DNA from: Desulfobacterales bacterium
GTDB taxonomy: Bacteria > Desulfobacterota > Desulfobacteria > Desulfobacterales > JAHEIW01
DNA: 34,387 nucleotides
Assembly (NCBI GenBank): GCA_050123865.1
Contig: JASFGH010000001.1
Coordinates: 1-34,387 of the forward strand
Reading direction: 5' to 3'
The notes beneath the pieces are model-generated. The model did not search any database, was not told the DNA's origin, and saw only the letters and a list, made by a program, of their open reading frames with translations. Position 1 is the first letter of the stretch. Each line of letters begins with the position of its first letter. Below are positions 1 to 8,089 of the stretch, piece after piece. Position numbers and translations under genes: made by a program.

Positions 1-252
1 GACATTTATGCCCAAAATTCCGAAAAAGTCGATCTGGTGGCCCTGGATATGATTATGCCGGAAATGAGCGGCAGGGCGACCTTTGAGGAGCTGAAAAGAA
101 TAAACCCCGCTGTCAGAGTGTTGTTGGTCAGTGGTTATAGCACGAACAAACAAACCGAAGAGTTATTTGAATTGGGCTGTAAGGGATTTATTCAAAAGCC
201 TTTTGATATCATCGAACTGTCTCACAAGCTAAGAGAAGTTTTGGAAAATTAA
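1..252 (+). CDS. Response-regulator receiver (REC) domain protein, C-terminal part only; 5' end lies outside the window
   Basis: Frame 1 is open from base 1 (DIYAQNSEKVDLVALDMIMPEMSG...). CheY-like motifs are present: LDMIMPEMSG, LLVSGYS and K-P (IQKPFD). TAA stop at 250-252. Confidence 0.85.
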   Translation, partial: DIYAQNSEKVDLVALDMIMPEMSGRATFEELKRINPAVRVLLVSGYSTNKQTEELFELGCKGFIQKPFDIIELSHKLREVLEN

Positions 253-290
253 CAAGAACCTATCTCAAAAATGTGTCTAACGCCCAATTA

Positions 291-370
291 CTGCGTTGCA
301 AACCGATTCAAAATGCTCGAATACTACCGTGTATGCTCCAATGGGCTCAGGATGATTTCAATCCGGCGGT
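291..370 (-). repeat. Copy A of an ~80-nt element (3' end of the OmpA-family gene plus ~33 nt downstream, hairpin-forming)
   Basis: 291-339 matches the reverse complement of 31992-32040 at 41/49 positions without gaps. Gapped similarity continues to about 370. Confidence 0.85.
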
Positions 371-1148
371 TCTGGCGCCGCCCTTCTACAGTCTTGTTTG
401 AAGCCACCGGTCGAAAGTAACTGTATCCCCGAGCGGACAAGTGTTGGGGTTGCAGTCGCCCCTTTTTATGCAGAAATCTTGCTACCGCCGCTGCCCGGGC
501 AACCGATAGTTCCCAGTTACTTGGAAATCTTACCTTCAAGGATGGGCCCAGCGGCATGCTATCCGTGTGACCTTCAACCAGAACGCATTGATCATTCTGC
601 TGCCGGATGGATTCGGCGAAAGCCAGCAGCAACGCTTTGCCCCTTTCATTTATCTTTACGCTACCCGAATCAAACAAGATCTTATCAACGAAAACCACCT
701 TAAGAGTATCCTCCGTCTCAACAAGTTCTATTTGCTGGGCGGCTATCTCATCTTTGAGGCTGGTGGCAATGGTCTTCTTGGTGTCATCCAACAGCCCGAT
801 GACCTTATTTTGGAGTTTGATAACAGATTTGTTTTTTTCAACGGCACTGCTCAGCCGCTCCACCTCCTGGGTTAGTTTCAAATTGATATTTTTAAGGGAA
901 GCGTTCTTAGCTTTCAGATCTGCCCGGTTTTGGTGATATGCCGTTTCTGCCTGGTGCAGGCGATCGAGTTCCGCATTCTGGCTTTGAATTCGCTGTTCAG
1001 CCTCATACAGTTGTATTTGAAAGTGCTTGAGCTCATTCTGCAGGAGCGCATTACGATTCTGCAGCTGTTGTTGATCGGCAACACAGGCCTGCAGCACAGA
1101 TACGAGTAATAAAAGGAGGCCAATTGATGATCGATTCCCCATTCGCAT
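324..1148 (-). CDS. OmpA/MotB-family peptidoglycan-binding lipoprotein with long N-terminal coiled coil
   Basis: 274-aa ORF with a signal/lipobox-like LLLLLVSVLQAC. About 100 aa of Q/L/E/K-rich heptad-like sequence follows. The C-terminal OmpA-like domain reads VLVEGHTDSMP...NWELSVARAAAVARFL...GRRQNRRIEIIL. Confidence 0.85.
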   Translation of the reverse strand: MRMGNRSSIGLLLLLVSVLQACVADQQQLQNRNALLQNELKHFQIQLYEAEQRIQSQNAELDRLHQAETAYHQNRADLKAKNASLKNINLKLTQEVERLSSAVEKNKSVIKLQNKVIGLLDDTKKTIATSLKDEIAAQQIELVETEDTLKVVFVDKILFDSGSVKINERGKALLLAFAESIRQQNDQCVLVEGHTDSMPLGPSLKVRFPSNWELSVARAAAVARFLHKKGRLQPQHLSARGYSYFRPVASNKTVEGRRQNRRIEIILSPLEHTR

Positions 1149-1422
1149 AATTCCAATGAGCGGTGCAGTCGATAAGTGGTTGATTCGTTATTATATTTTT
1201 ATATCAAAAATTTCTAATTTTTCATAATCTTATTTTACTTTAATGGTTAAGCCTGCACAAAATCGATTTTTTCGGGATTGATGATCAAACCGATTTCATC
1301 CTCAATACGGTCTTTCCCTACAGTGCGGCCTTTTTTCTTGATGTTTTACAGCCGATGATTACGTTGCAAACATAAAATATGTTAGAGACTTTAAGAATAT
1401 TAATGCCGATACGGTCGACTCG

Positions 1423-1860
1423 GTGAATATTGAACAGTTTATGGGCGACTGGTACGTCATTGCCATTATCCCGACGTTTATCGAAAAAGACGCCTATAAT
1501 GCCATTGAGTCCTACCATCTGGCTGAAGATGGGACCATCGCAACGACTTTTTCTTTTAACAAAGGGTCGTTTGAGGGCCCGCGCAAGGTTTACCGGCCGC
1601 GAGGATTCATCCGGGACAAACAATCCAATGCCGTCTGGGGAATGCAGTTTTCTTGGCCGTTTAAAGCCGAATATCGTATTATCTATCCGACCGAAGATTA
1701 TTCGCAAACCGTTATCGGACGCACTAAAAGAGATTATGTCTGGATTATGGCCCGCAAGCCGGTCATGCCCGAAGATGACTACAATCGCATTTTAGATTTT
1801 CTCAGGCAAGAGGGCTACGACCTCGGCAAGCTTCGAAAAGTCCCGCAGCAGGCAAAATAG
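1423..1860 (+). CDS. Lipocalin-family (Blc-like) protein, apparently without signal peptide
   Basis: GTG start at 1423 (alternative ATG at 1441). It carries the lipocalin N-terminal signature FMGDWYVIAIIP and a later TKRDYVWIMARKP motif. An in-frame TGA at 1339-1341 excludes a longer N-terminus. Confidence 0.75.
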   Translation: MNIEQFMGDWYVIAIIPTFIEKDAYNAIESYHLAEDGTIATTFSFNKGSFEGPRKVYRPRGFIRDKQSNAVWGMQFSWPFKAEYRIIYPTEDYSQTVIGRTKRDYVWIMARKPVMPEDDYNRILDFLRQEGYDLGKLRKVPQQAK

Positions 1861-1883
1861 AACGGTATCACAAGGACAAAATA

Positions 1884-2462
1884 ATGAGGGCAACTAAATT
1901 TTGGACTATACTGACATTCGCTATTCTGTGTTCGACTCTTGCAGGCGTATCCCGGGTTGAAACAGCAGAGATCGAAGGCATCAATTTTGATGATCGCTAT
2001 ACGATCGCGGACACCTCCCTAAAATTAAGAGGTGCCGGACTTCTGCGGGTGATGGTTTTTGCAAAAATATATGTCGCTGCCCTTTACCTGCCTGAAGATT
2101 ATCCTTCTAAAATGTCGCTTTCAGATGTCCCCAAACGACTGGAAGTCGAATATCTGAGATCCATTGCCGGTAAAGATTTCGGTCCGGCCACCAACAAAAA
2201 GGTATCTGAGAATGTGGATCCGCAGATCTTTGAACAACTGCAGCCCCGTCTGGAATATCACAATTCTCTTTATCAGGATGTTAGAGCGGGCGATCGCTAT
2301 GCCCTGACGTACATTCCGGGTAAAGGCACCGAGCTGACGTTAAACGGCGAGCCCAAGGGCACCGCAGAGGGGGCCGATTTTGCGGCTGCCCTGTTTTCCA
2401 TCTGGCTGGGCCCCAAACCGATCAGCGAATCTCTCAAAAAAGAACTTCTGGATTTATCGTGA
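1884..2462 (+). CDS. Chalcone-isomerase-like fold protein, secreted
   Basis: Signal peptide MRATKFWTILTFAILCSTLAGV. The segment LKLRGAGLLRVMVFAKIYVAALYLPED is typical of bacterial chalcone-isomerase-like (Chalcone_3) proteins. The stop overlaps the next start (GTGA at 2459-2462). Confidence 0.7.
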   Translation: MRATKFWTILTFAILCSTLAGVSRVETAEIEGINFDDRYTIADTSLKLRGAGLLRVMVFAKIYVAALYLPEDYPSKMSLSDVPKRLEVEYLRSIAGKDFGPATNKKVSENVDPQIFEQLQPRLEYHNSLYQDVRAGDRYALTYIPGKGTELTLNGEPKGTAEGADFAAALFSIWLGPKPISESLKKELLDLS

Positions 2463-3862
2463 AATCGAGGCGTACCGAGCATATCGCCTTACGCCAAAAA
2501 CTGGCCTATTCGGCTCCGGCCCTGGCGCTGGCAGTTGTCGGAATACCGGTTTACGTCTATATCCCCAAATTTTATACCGATGTTGTCGGGATCAACATCG
2601 CTGTCCTGGGCACGCTTTTATTCAGCGTGCGCATATTTGATGCCGTTACCGATCCTGCCATCGGCTACATCTCGGATCGGACCCGAACCCGATTTGGCAG
2701 GCGCCGACCCTATATTGCCATCGGATCGCTGTTTGTCGTGTTGAGCATGTATTTGCTGTTTAGTCCCCCGCAGGCTTCTGCCTATTTTGAAACCTGGTGG
2801 TTCGGCATCTGTATTTATGCATTGTTTTTATTCTGGACTGCCGTAACCGTCCCCTATGAATCGTTAGGGCCTGAAATCACCTTTGACTATCACGAACGCA
2901 CCTCGCTTTTTGGCATGCGCGACGGATTTCTTATCGCCGGCACCCTCATGGCTGCCAGTTCCCCGGCGCTGGTTGCATGGGTCTTTAACCTCTCAGCGGA
3001 TGCTCAGGGCGAACGCGCCAAATTTTTCTGGATTGCGGTACTGTATGCTCCGTTGTTGATCGGCTCCTGCTGGTGGTGCGTGATTGCGATTAAAGAAAAA
3101 CAGGCGGCGGGGCTATTGCGGTCAACCGGCATCTGGGAGGGATTGGGCTATGTGGCCCGTAATCGGCCGTTTATCATTTTAATCATTTCTTATACCATAG
3201 CGTCCATTGGCAGCAATCTGCCGGCAACTTTGATTTTGTACTATGTCGAATATGTGTTGCAGTCTCAACTGGCCGATACGTTTCTGCTACTCTATTTTGT
3301 TACGGGCATCCTTTTTTTGCCCGGATGGATCAAACTCTCACGGCGCATCGGCAAAAAGGCGGCCTGGTTGAGTTCCATGGCAATTAACACCGGCGCTTTT
3401 ATCGGTGTCTTTTTTCTGGGACCCGGTGATGCCCATATTTATGGCATCCTCGTTTTTTTATCCGGCATCGGCTTTGGTGCGACCCTGGCATTACCCTCAG
3501 CCATCCAGGCGGATGTCATCGATTACGATGAGCTGCTCAGCGGCCAAAGACGGGAAGGACAATACATCGGCTTGTGGTCGATTGCCAAAAAATTCGCTGC
3601 GGCGATCGGTGTCGGCGCAGGTTTATCGATACTCGGACTGGCGGGCTATACACCCAATGTGACCCAGACCGCCCAGGTGCAAATGACGCTGCGAATCCTG
3701 TACGCCCTGGTACCGTCGGTTTGCAATATTCTGGCCTTTATCATCGTGTTGGCCTACCCCATCAGCAGTCGAGTACACACGCAAATTCGCGCTGCGGTTG
3801 CCGAGCGCAGGGCCGGCCGAGCGGTGATAGATCCATTACAACCGGATCGAATCATTGCCTAA
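2459..3862 (+). CDS. MFS transporter of the GPH (glycoside-pentoside-hexuronide)/MFS_2 type
   Basis: 467 aa with a polytopic hydrophobic profile. The loop 2-3 signature is DPAIGYISDRTRTRFGRRRPYI. It is translationally coupled to the upstream gene. Confidence 0.8.
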   Translation: MKSRRTEHIALRQKLAYSAPALALAVVGIPVYVYIPKFYTDVVGINIAVLGTLLFSVRIFDAVTDPAIGYISDRTRTRFGRRRPYIAIGSLFVVLSMYLLFSPPQASAYFETWWFGICIYALFLFWTAVTVPYESLGPEITFDYHERTSLFGMRDGFLIAGTLMAASSPALVAWVFNLSADAQGERAKFFWIAVLYAPLLIGSCWWCVIAIKEKQAAGLLRSTGIWEGLGYVARNRPFIILIISYTIASIGSNLPATLILYYVEYVLQSQLADTFLLLYFVTGILFLPGWIKLSRRIGKKAAWLSSMAINTGAFIGVFFLGPGDAHIYGILVFLSGIGFGATLALPSAIQADVIDYDELLSGQRREGQYIGLWSIAKKFAAAIGVGAGLSILGLAGYTPNVTQTAQVQMTLRILYALVPSVCNILAFIIVLAYPISSRVHTQIRAAVAERRAGRAVIDPLQPDRIIA

Positions 3863-3886
3863 TTTTGAATATGAGGAGCGATTTTA

Positions 3887-4681
3887 GTGGAAAATCTATT
3901 TGCCGTTATGGGCTGGAATTTGGCGGCTGTAGGCGGCATGATGTTTTGCGGCTGGGTTCTTAGTCTGGTCAAAAAAAATGTAACTCTGGTCGACAGCCTC
4001 TGGGGGCTGGGATTCGTTTTGATTGCCTGGATGACCTTTGGCCTTACTGACGGCTATACTGGGCGCAAACTTCTGCTGGCCGGGCTCACAACTGTCTGGG
4101 GGTTGCGGCTCAGTGCGCATTTGACCTGGCGCAACTGGGGAAAAGGAGAAGACCCCCGCTATGGCGGCTGGCGCCGGGCCAGTGGTGAGCGCTTCTGGAT
4201 CATCAGTCTGTTTAAGGTATTTTTGCTGCAGGCTCTATTTCTATGGGTGATCGCGGTGGCCATCCAATACGGTCAGGCGTCGCCGCATCCGGCCCATTGG
4301 ACCCGGCTCGATTTTATGGGGATGATCGTCTGGCTAATTGGATTTGTCTTTGAATCCGTCAGCGATTGGCAACTGGCACGTTTCAAGGCCGATTCCGCCA
4401 ACCGAGGCAAGGTGATGGACCGCGGTCTATGGTATTATTCGCGACACCCCAATTATTTCGGGGAGAGTTTAATCTGGTGGGGATTGTTCCTGATCGCGTT
4501 GTCCACGCCCTACAGCTGGTGGACGGTAATCAGCCCATTGATCATCACTGCAGTTTTGCTAAAGATGACCGGTATCCCTCTAATGGAAAAAACCATTGTC
4601 GATACTCGACCGGGCTATGCTGATTATATCCTGCGCACCCCGGCATTTTTCCCCTGGTTTCCCAGAAAGGAGGACTTATGA
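3887..4681 (+). CDS. DUF1295 / steroid-5-alpha-reductase-ICMT-like integral membrane protein
   Basis: GTG start preceded by GAGGAG (3873-3878). Multi-TM protein with the C-terminal motif [26 protein letters not shown] overlap with the next gene at 4678-4681. Confidence 0.75.
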   Translation: MENLFAVMGWNLAAVGGMMFCGWVLSLVKKNVTLVDSLWGLGFVLIAWMTFGLTDGYTGRKLLLAGLTTVWGLRLSAHLTWRNWGKGEDPRYGGWRRASGERFWIISLFKVFLLQALFLWVIAVAIQYGQASPHPAHWTRLDFMGMIVWLIGFVFESVSDWQLARFKADSANRGKVMDRGLWYYSRHPNYFGESLIWWGLFLIALSTPYSWWTVISPLIITAVLLKMTGIPLMEKTIVDTRPGYADYILRTPAFFPWFPRKEDL

Positions 4682-5709
4682 GCATATTGACCGAGCTGGC
4701 CGAGCGCAGATGGTTGCCGGATCCATTGATTCGGTACGGCATTCGACTTCTGGATAAACAGCGTCTGCAAATGGAAGACAAAGGCGATGTCGAAGCCCAA
4801 CGAGCCGCTTTGGCGCAGTTTATCGCCGATATGCGTCAAAGCCCCATTGCGGTTCAAATTGAAAAACCCAAAGAACAACACTACGAAGTTCCGCCGGCCT
4901 TTTTCAAACGGGTGCTCGGTCAACATCTAAAATACAGCGGCTGTCTCTGGGATGCGGACACACAAACGTTGGATGAAGCCGAAGCCCGGATGCTGGCCAT
5001 TACAGCGGACCGCGCCCAGCTGGCAGATGGGATGAACATCCTGGAACTGGGTTGTGGTTGGGGTTCACTTTCGTTGTGGATGGCTGAAAATTATCCTGCC
5101 AGCCAAATCATTACCGTCTCTAATGCCAAGCCCCAGGCGGAATTCATCCGAGCGGTCTGCCGGCAAAGGCAGCTTACCAATTTAAAGGTCATCACCGCTG
5201 ATATGAACGACTTTGATACAAATGTAACATTTGATCGCGTTGTTTCGGTGGAAATGTTTGAGCACATGCGCAACTGGCCAAGGCTCCTCGAGCGGATCTC
5301 GAACTGGTTGCATGCGAATGGCAAATGCTTCATCCATATTTTCACCCATCGCCGATTTGCCTACACCTTTGAAGAAAATAGTCAAAGCTGGATGGGCGAT
5401 CATTTTTTTACCGGCGGCATGATCCCTTCAGACGATTTGTTGCTCTATCTGCAGGATCATCTGCAGGTTAAGGCCCACTGGCGGGTAAACGGCACCCATT
5501 ACAGTAACCCGGCTGAGGCCTGGCTGAACAATCTGGATAAAGGTCGGAAAAAAATAATGCCGATTCTAGAAAAAACCTATGGGCCAGATAGAGCTAAACG
5601 CTGGCTACAGCGCTGGCGCATATTTTTCATGGCCTGCGCTGAGCTGTGGGGCTATCGCAGTGGACAGGAATGGATTGTATCTCATTACCTATTGAAGAAA
5701 AGATATTAA
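4678..5709 (+). CDS. SAM-dependent methyltransferase of the cyclopropane-fatty-acyl-phospholipid/mycolic-acid synthase (CMAS) family, short form
   Basis: 343 aa with SD GAAAGGAGGA upstream. Motifs: [12 protein letters not shown] motif [15 protein letters not shown], and [10 protein letters not shown]. Confidence 0.85.
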   Translation: MSILTELAERRWLPDPLIRYGIRLLDKQRLQMEDKGDVEAQRAALAQFIADMRQSPIAVQIEKPKEQHYEVPPAFFKRVLGQHLKYSGCLWDADTQTLDEAEARMLAITADRAQLADGMNILELGCGWGSLSLWMAENYPASQIITVSNAKPQAEFIRAVCRQRQLTNLKVITADMNDFDTNVTFDRVVSVEMFEHMRNWPRLLERISNWLHANGKCFIHIFTHRRFAYTFEENSQSWMGDHFFTGGMIPSDDLLLYLQDHLQVKAHWRVNGTHYSNPAEAWLNNLDKGRKKIMPILEKTYGPDRAKRWLQRWRIFFMACAELWGYRSGQEWIVSHYLLKKRY

Positions 5710-5753
5710 TTTGACGATTAGCTTAAACTAATCAAGCGCTTGGGTAAATAAGA

Positions 5754-6230
5754 TTATATGCGCTTATTCCGCAGGGCGGCTACCGCAGCGACGGCAGGTT
5801 TAAGTGTAATGTAAAGTATCAAGATCAGAAACGGACAGATGACCGCCCATGAGAAAATCGCATAAAGCGTTAGATTCCATAGGCTGGTCATGCTGCCCCA
5901 GAAGTCATTTTTTAACATAAGGATTAAGTTATCAGCGCTGACCAGAAGACTACCCTGATCAAAAAGCCAGCTGCCAGCACTGTAGAAAGGCGCCAGTAAA
6001 ATCAGCTGAGCCGGATAGACCACAAAATTGACGATTTGGATGGCTGGTAGATTCAGCCGTAAAAAATATGCTGCTAACGTACACAGCAGGGTTGTCATTC
6101 CCAGCACTGGAAAAATACCCAGTGTCACCCCCACCGATAGGCATAAAGCAATCTTACGCCGACTCATCCCATCTTTCAGCATTGAGCTGATTATGGTGAA
6201 GCTCTTAGTTTTTATTCGGCTGATCATCAT
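5754..6230 (-). CDS. Small polytopic membrane protein, DUF2062-like
   Basis: 158 aa with 3-4 predicted TM helices. The segment SRRKIALCLSVGVTLGIFPVLGMTTLL resembles DUF2062. Confidence 0.55.
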   Translation of the reverse strand: MMISRIKTKSFTIISSMLKDGMSRRKIALCLSVGVTLGIFPVLGMTTLLCTLAAYFLRLNLPAIQIVNFVVYPAQLILLAPFYSAGSWLFDQGSLLVSADNLILMLKNDFWGSMTSLWNLTLYAIFSWAVICPFLILILYITLKPAVAAVAALRNKRI

Positions 6231-6270
6231 TTACTTAGCAAATATTGACATTAAAGTTACATTTTCAAGT

Positions 6271-6878
6271 TTAGTTATCCAAAGCGGCTTGAATACGGAT
6301 ATACTCGCCAAGATTGTTTATGGTCAATAGGCCGACCAAACGCTTGTCACGTGTTACCGGCAAGATGTGACAGTTACACTCCTTTAATTTACTAAATGCG
6401 GTTTCCAGTATATTGTAGGCGTCGACTGTCGTAAAATGATGTTGCATCGCTTCAGATACTGGCGACCGCTGACCATTTCTTGATAAAGCCGCAAGTAAGT
6501 CAGACTGGGTTAAAACGCCCTCAACCGAACCGTTGTCCATAACAGGAAAGTCCTTTTGCGTTCCGGCCGATGTCAGCTCAACGACCTGCTGAAGCGTTTG
6601 ATTGCGGGTTAACGTTTCAAAATTGGTTAACATCGCGTTGGTTACGGGAATGCCAGAGATGGCTGATTTCATCTGCGTCCCGCCAGAGCCACCCATAATT
6701 TTTGACTGGGCTTATCCGGCATCTTTTCCAGACGCGCGACACCGCCGATGGGCAGCAAAATGATGTCACGGGTTTTAATCCCGTATTTTTTGGCTTTTAA
6801 TGCGTGCCCGAGCTCATGCAGGACAACGCAAGCAAATATGACCAGAATAAACGCAACACCCGCTACGGCAATTGTCCA
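6271..6878 (-). pseudogene. Remnant of a CBS-domain M50 site-2 protease: N-terminal HExxH fragment plus C-terminal CBS pair, membrane core deleted
   Basis: One minus-strand frame (6878-6669) reads [69 protein letters not shown]-stop. A second frame (6696-6271) carries a complete CBS pair (FPVMDNGSVEGVLTQSDLL...ILPVTRDKRLVGLLTINNLGEY). The first ~30 residues and the whole TM core with the second zinc-ligand motif are missing. Confidence 0.8.
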
Positions 6879-7347
6879 TCAGATGCTTGATGATGTACGC
6901 TTTGATCCAAAATGAGGCGTAGTATGAAAGTTTAACATTTTTTTCCGGGTTAAATTTTTCAACCGCCCTGATAAGTCCAAGGTTTCCTTCCTGAATCAAG
7001 TTGAGCAGATTTTGCATCCAAAGACTGCTGTAATCCATAGCAATCTTAACGACTAACCTGAGGTTTGACGTCACCAGCGTTTGAGCCGCCTGCTTGTCAC
7101 CAAGCTCCTTTACCTGCTTGAACAACGCCTGCTCTTCGCTTCTGGTCAGCAGCTGATATTTGCTGATCCCGATCAGGTAGCGTTGAAATGTATCCGTGTC
7201 ACCAGAAGCCTTTTTCACGCCGCCTTTCGGAGCAGAATTAAAGGATGGAGCAGGTTCTAAACGTTCTGAATTAAGCGATTTATCCTGCGATGTATCATCA
7301 TAAGTCTTCGACATTCCACCGGATTCTACTTGCATCTCGTTGAACAT
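6814..7347 (-). pseudogene. Truncated sigma-70-family (group 3, RpoH/SigB-like) factor: regions 1.2 and 2 only, fused out of frame to the M50 remnant
   Basis: ATG at 7347 is preceded by AAGGAAG. Region 1.2 reads FQRYLIGISKYQLLTRSEEQALF. Region 2 reads LVTSNLRLVVKIAMDY...[43 protein letters not shown]. Homology stops at about 6865 and the ORF ends in out-of-frame M50 sequence ([18 protein letters not shown]-stop). Regions 3 and 4 are absent. Confidence 0.8.
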
Positions 7348-7497
7348 GCCAACTTCCTTTTTAGGTTGCAGCTCGAAACAATTAATGTTGCCTTCAAGAC
7401 AGTAAGGTAGTTGTATTACATTAAAGAGATGATATTGATTGCCCGTCAAAGGGACGGGCAATACTTCGAGCGAGGCAGAAAAGTTCGGCCTACCATA

Positions 7498-7809
7498 CTA
7501 ACCTTTCTGGTTATGATCGTAACTTTTGCCGACGCCATGCATTTTCGGAAAAGTATTCCATTCACTTTCGCTGATGGAGCCGTCATTATCCATATCCAGG
7601 GCATTGAAGCTCCAGCGCAACTGCTCAGAATGGTATGCTGAGTATTCCTCAAACGAGACCATTCCATCTTTGTTACTGTCCATATCGCCTAGACCGGCGT
7701 TAAACATCGAATAACCGTGATGACCTGCGTTGACGGTTGTAGCCGCGCCGATTAGCGGGGCGATAGCTGAAAGAATGGCAAATGCAGGTATGATCAATGC
7801 GATATTCAT
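7498..7809 (-). CDS. Secreted two-EF-hand calcium-binding mini-protein
   Basis: 103 aa with signal peptide MNIALIIPAFAILSAIAPLIGAA. Two canonical 12-residue EF loops are present: DSNKDGMVSFEE and DMDNDGSISESE. Confidence 0.8.
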   Translation of the reverse strand: MNIALIIPAFAILSAIAPLIGAATTVNAGHHGYSMFNAGLGDMDSNKDGMVSFEEYSAYHSEQLRWSFNALDMDNDGSISESEWNTFPKMHGVGKSYDHNQKG

Positions 7810-7849
7810 AATTATCTCATATATTTAAGTAATCAAATGGATTTTTTGC

Positions 7850-7870
7850 TTATATTTTGTTTATATTTTG
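7850..7870. repeat. Tandem direct repeat ttatattttg (x2, 11-nt period) in the divergent promoter region
   Basis: 7850-7859 and 7861-7870 are identical. The repeat lies 41-61 nt upstream of the EF-hand gene start. Confidence 0.5.
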
Positions 7871-8089
7871 ATTAGATTCTTAGATCTGCCCGCACCGGCC
7901 CGGCGCGGTCAATAAGATGCGAGAGATGGAGCTTCAAATTAAAACTTGCGCAGAATTAGCAATATATGTGTTGCGGCAGGATAAATGGAAGGCCTGGACG
8001 TCTGGATGAGGACTGGTTGATTTTGCTGAGGAGAGAATTAATATAAGAACAGTTATCGATGAAGCCACTTGGAGTTTTGGATATTCGCA

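Noticed and set aside
398-936. Three overlapping plus-strand ORFs (398-703, 567-875, 607-936) opposite the OmpA-family gene. Similar long antisense ORFs occur at 11151-11762, 26801-27253, 29170-29766, 32465-33007 and 33650-34159.
   Set aside because: Each lies entirely inside, and antisense to, a gene with strong family motifs. Their translations are low-complexity or Arg/Pro/Gly-rich with no motifs or RBS. These are typical shadow ORFs.
1259-1270. Perfect 12-bp palindrome AAAATCGATTTT (with a related half-site AAACCGATTT at 1287-1296) upstream of the lipocalin operon as a candidate operator.
   Set aside because: Perfect 12-bp palindromes are expected several times by chance in 34 kb of this composition. 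No second operon in the window carries the same site.
8069-8089. TTG start at 8069 for the alpha/beta hydrolase, and similarly extended starts for 9529-10008, 29763-30371 and 30301-31854.
   Set aside because: The extensions add non-homologous residues or overlap the upstream gene. Internal ATG codons (8090, 9975, 30227, 31839) fit signal peptides, domain boundaries or RBS better.
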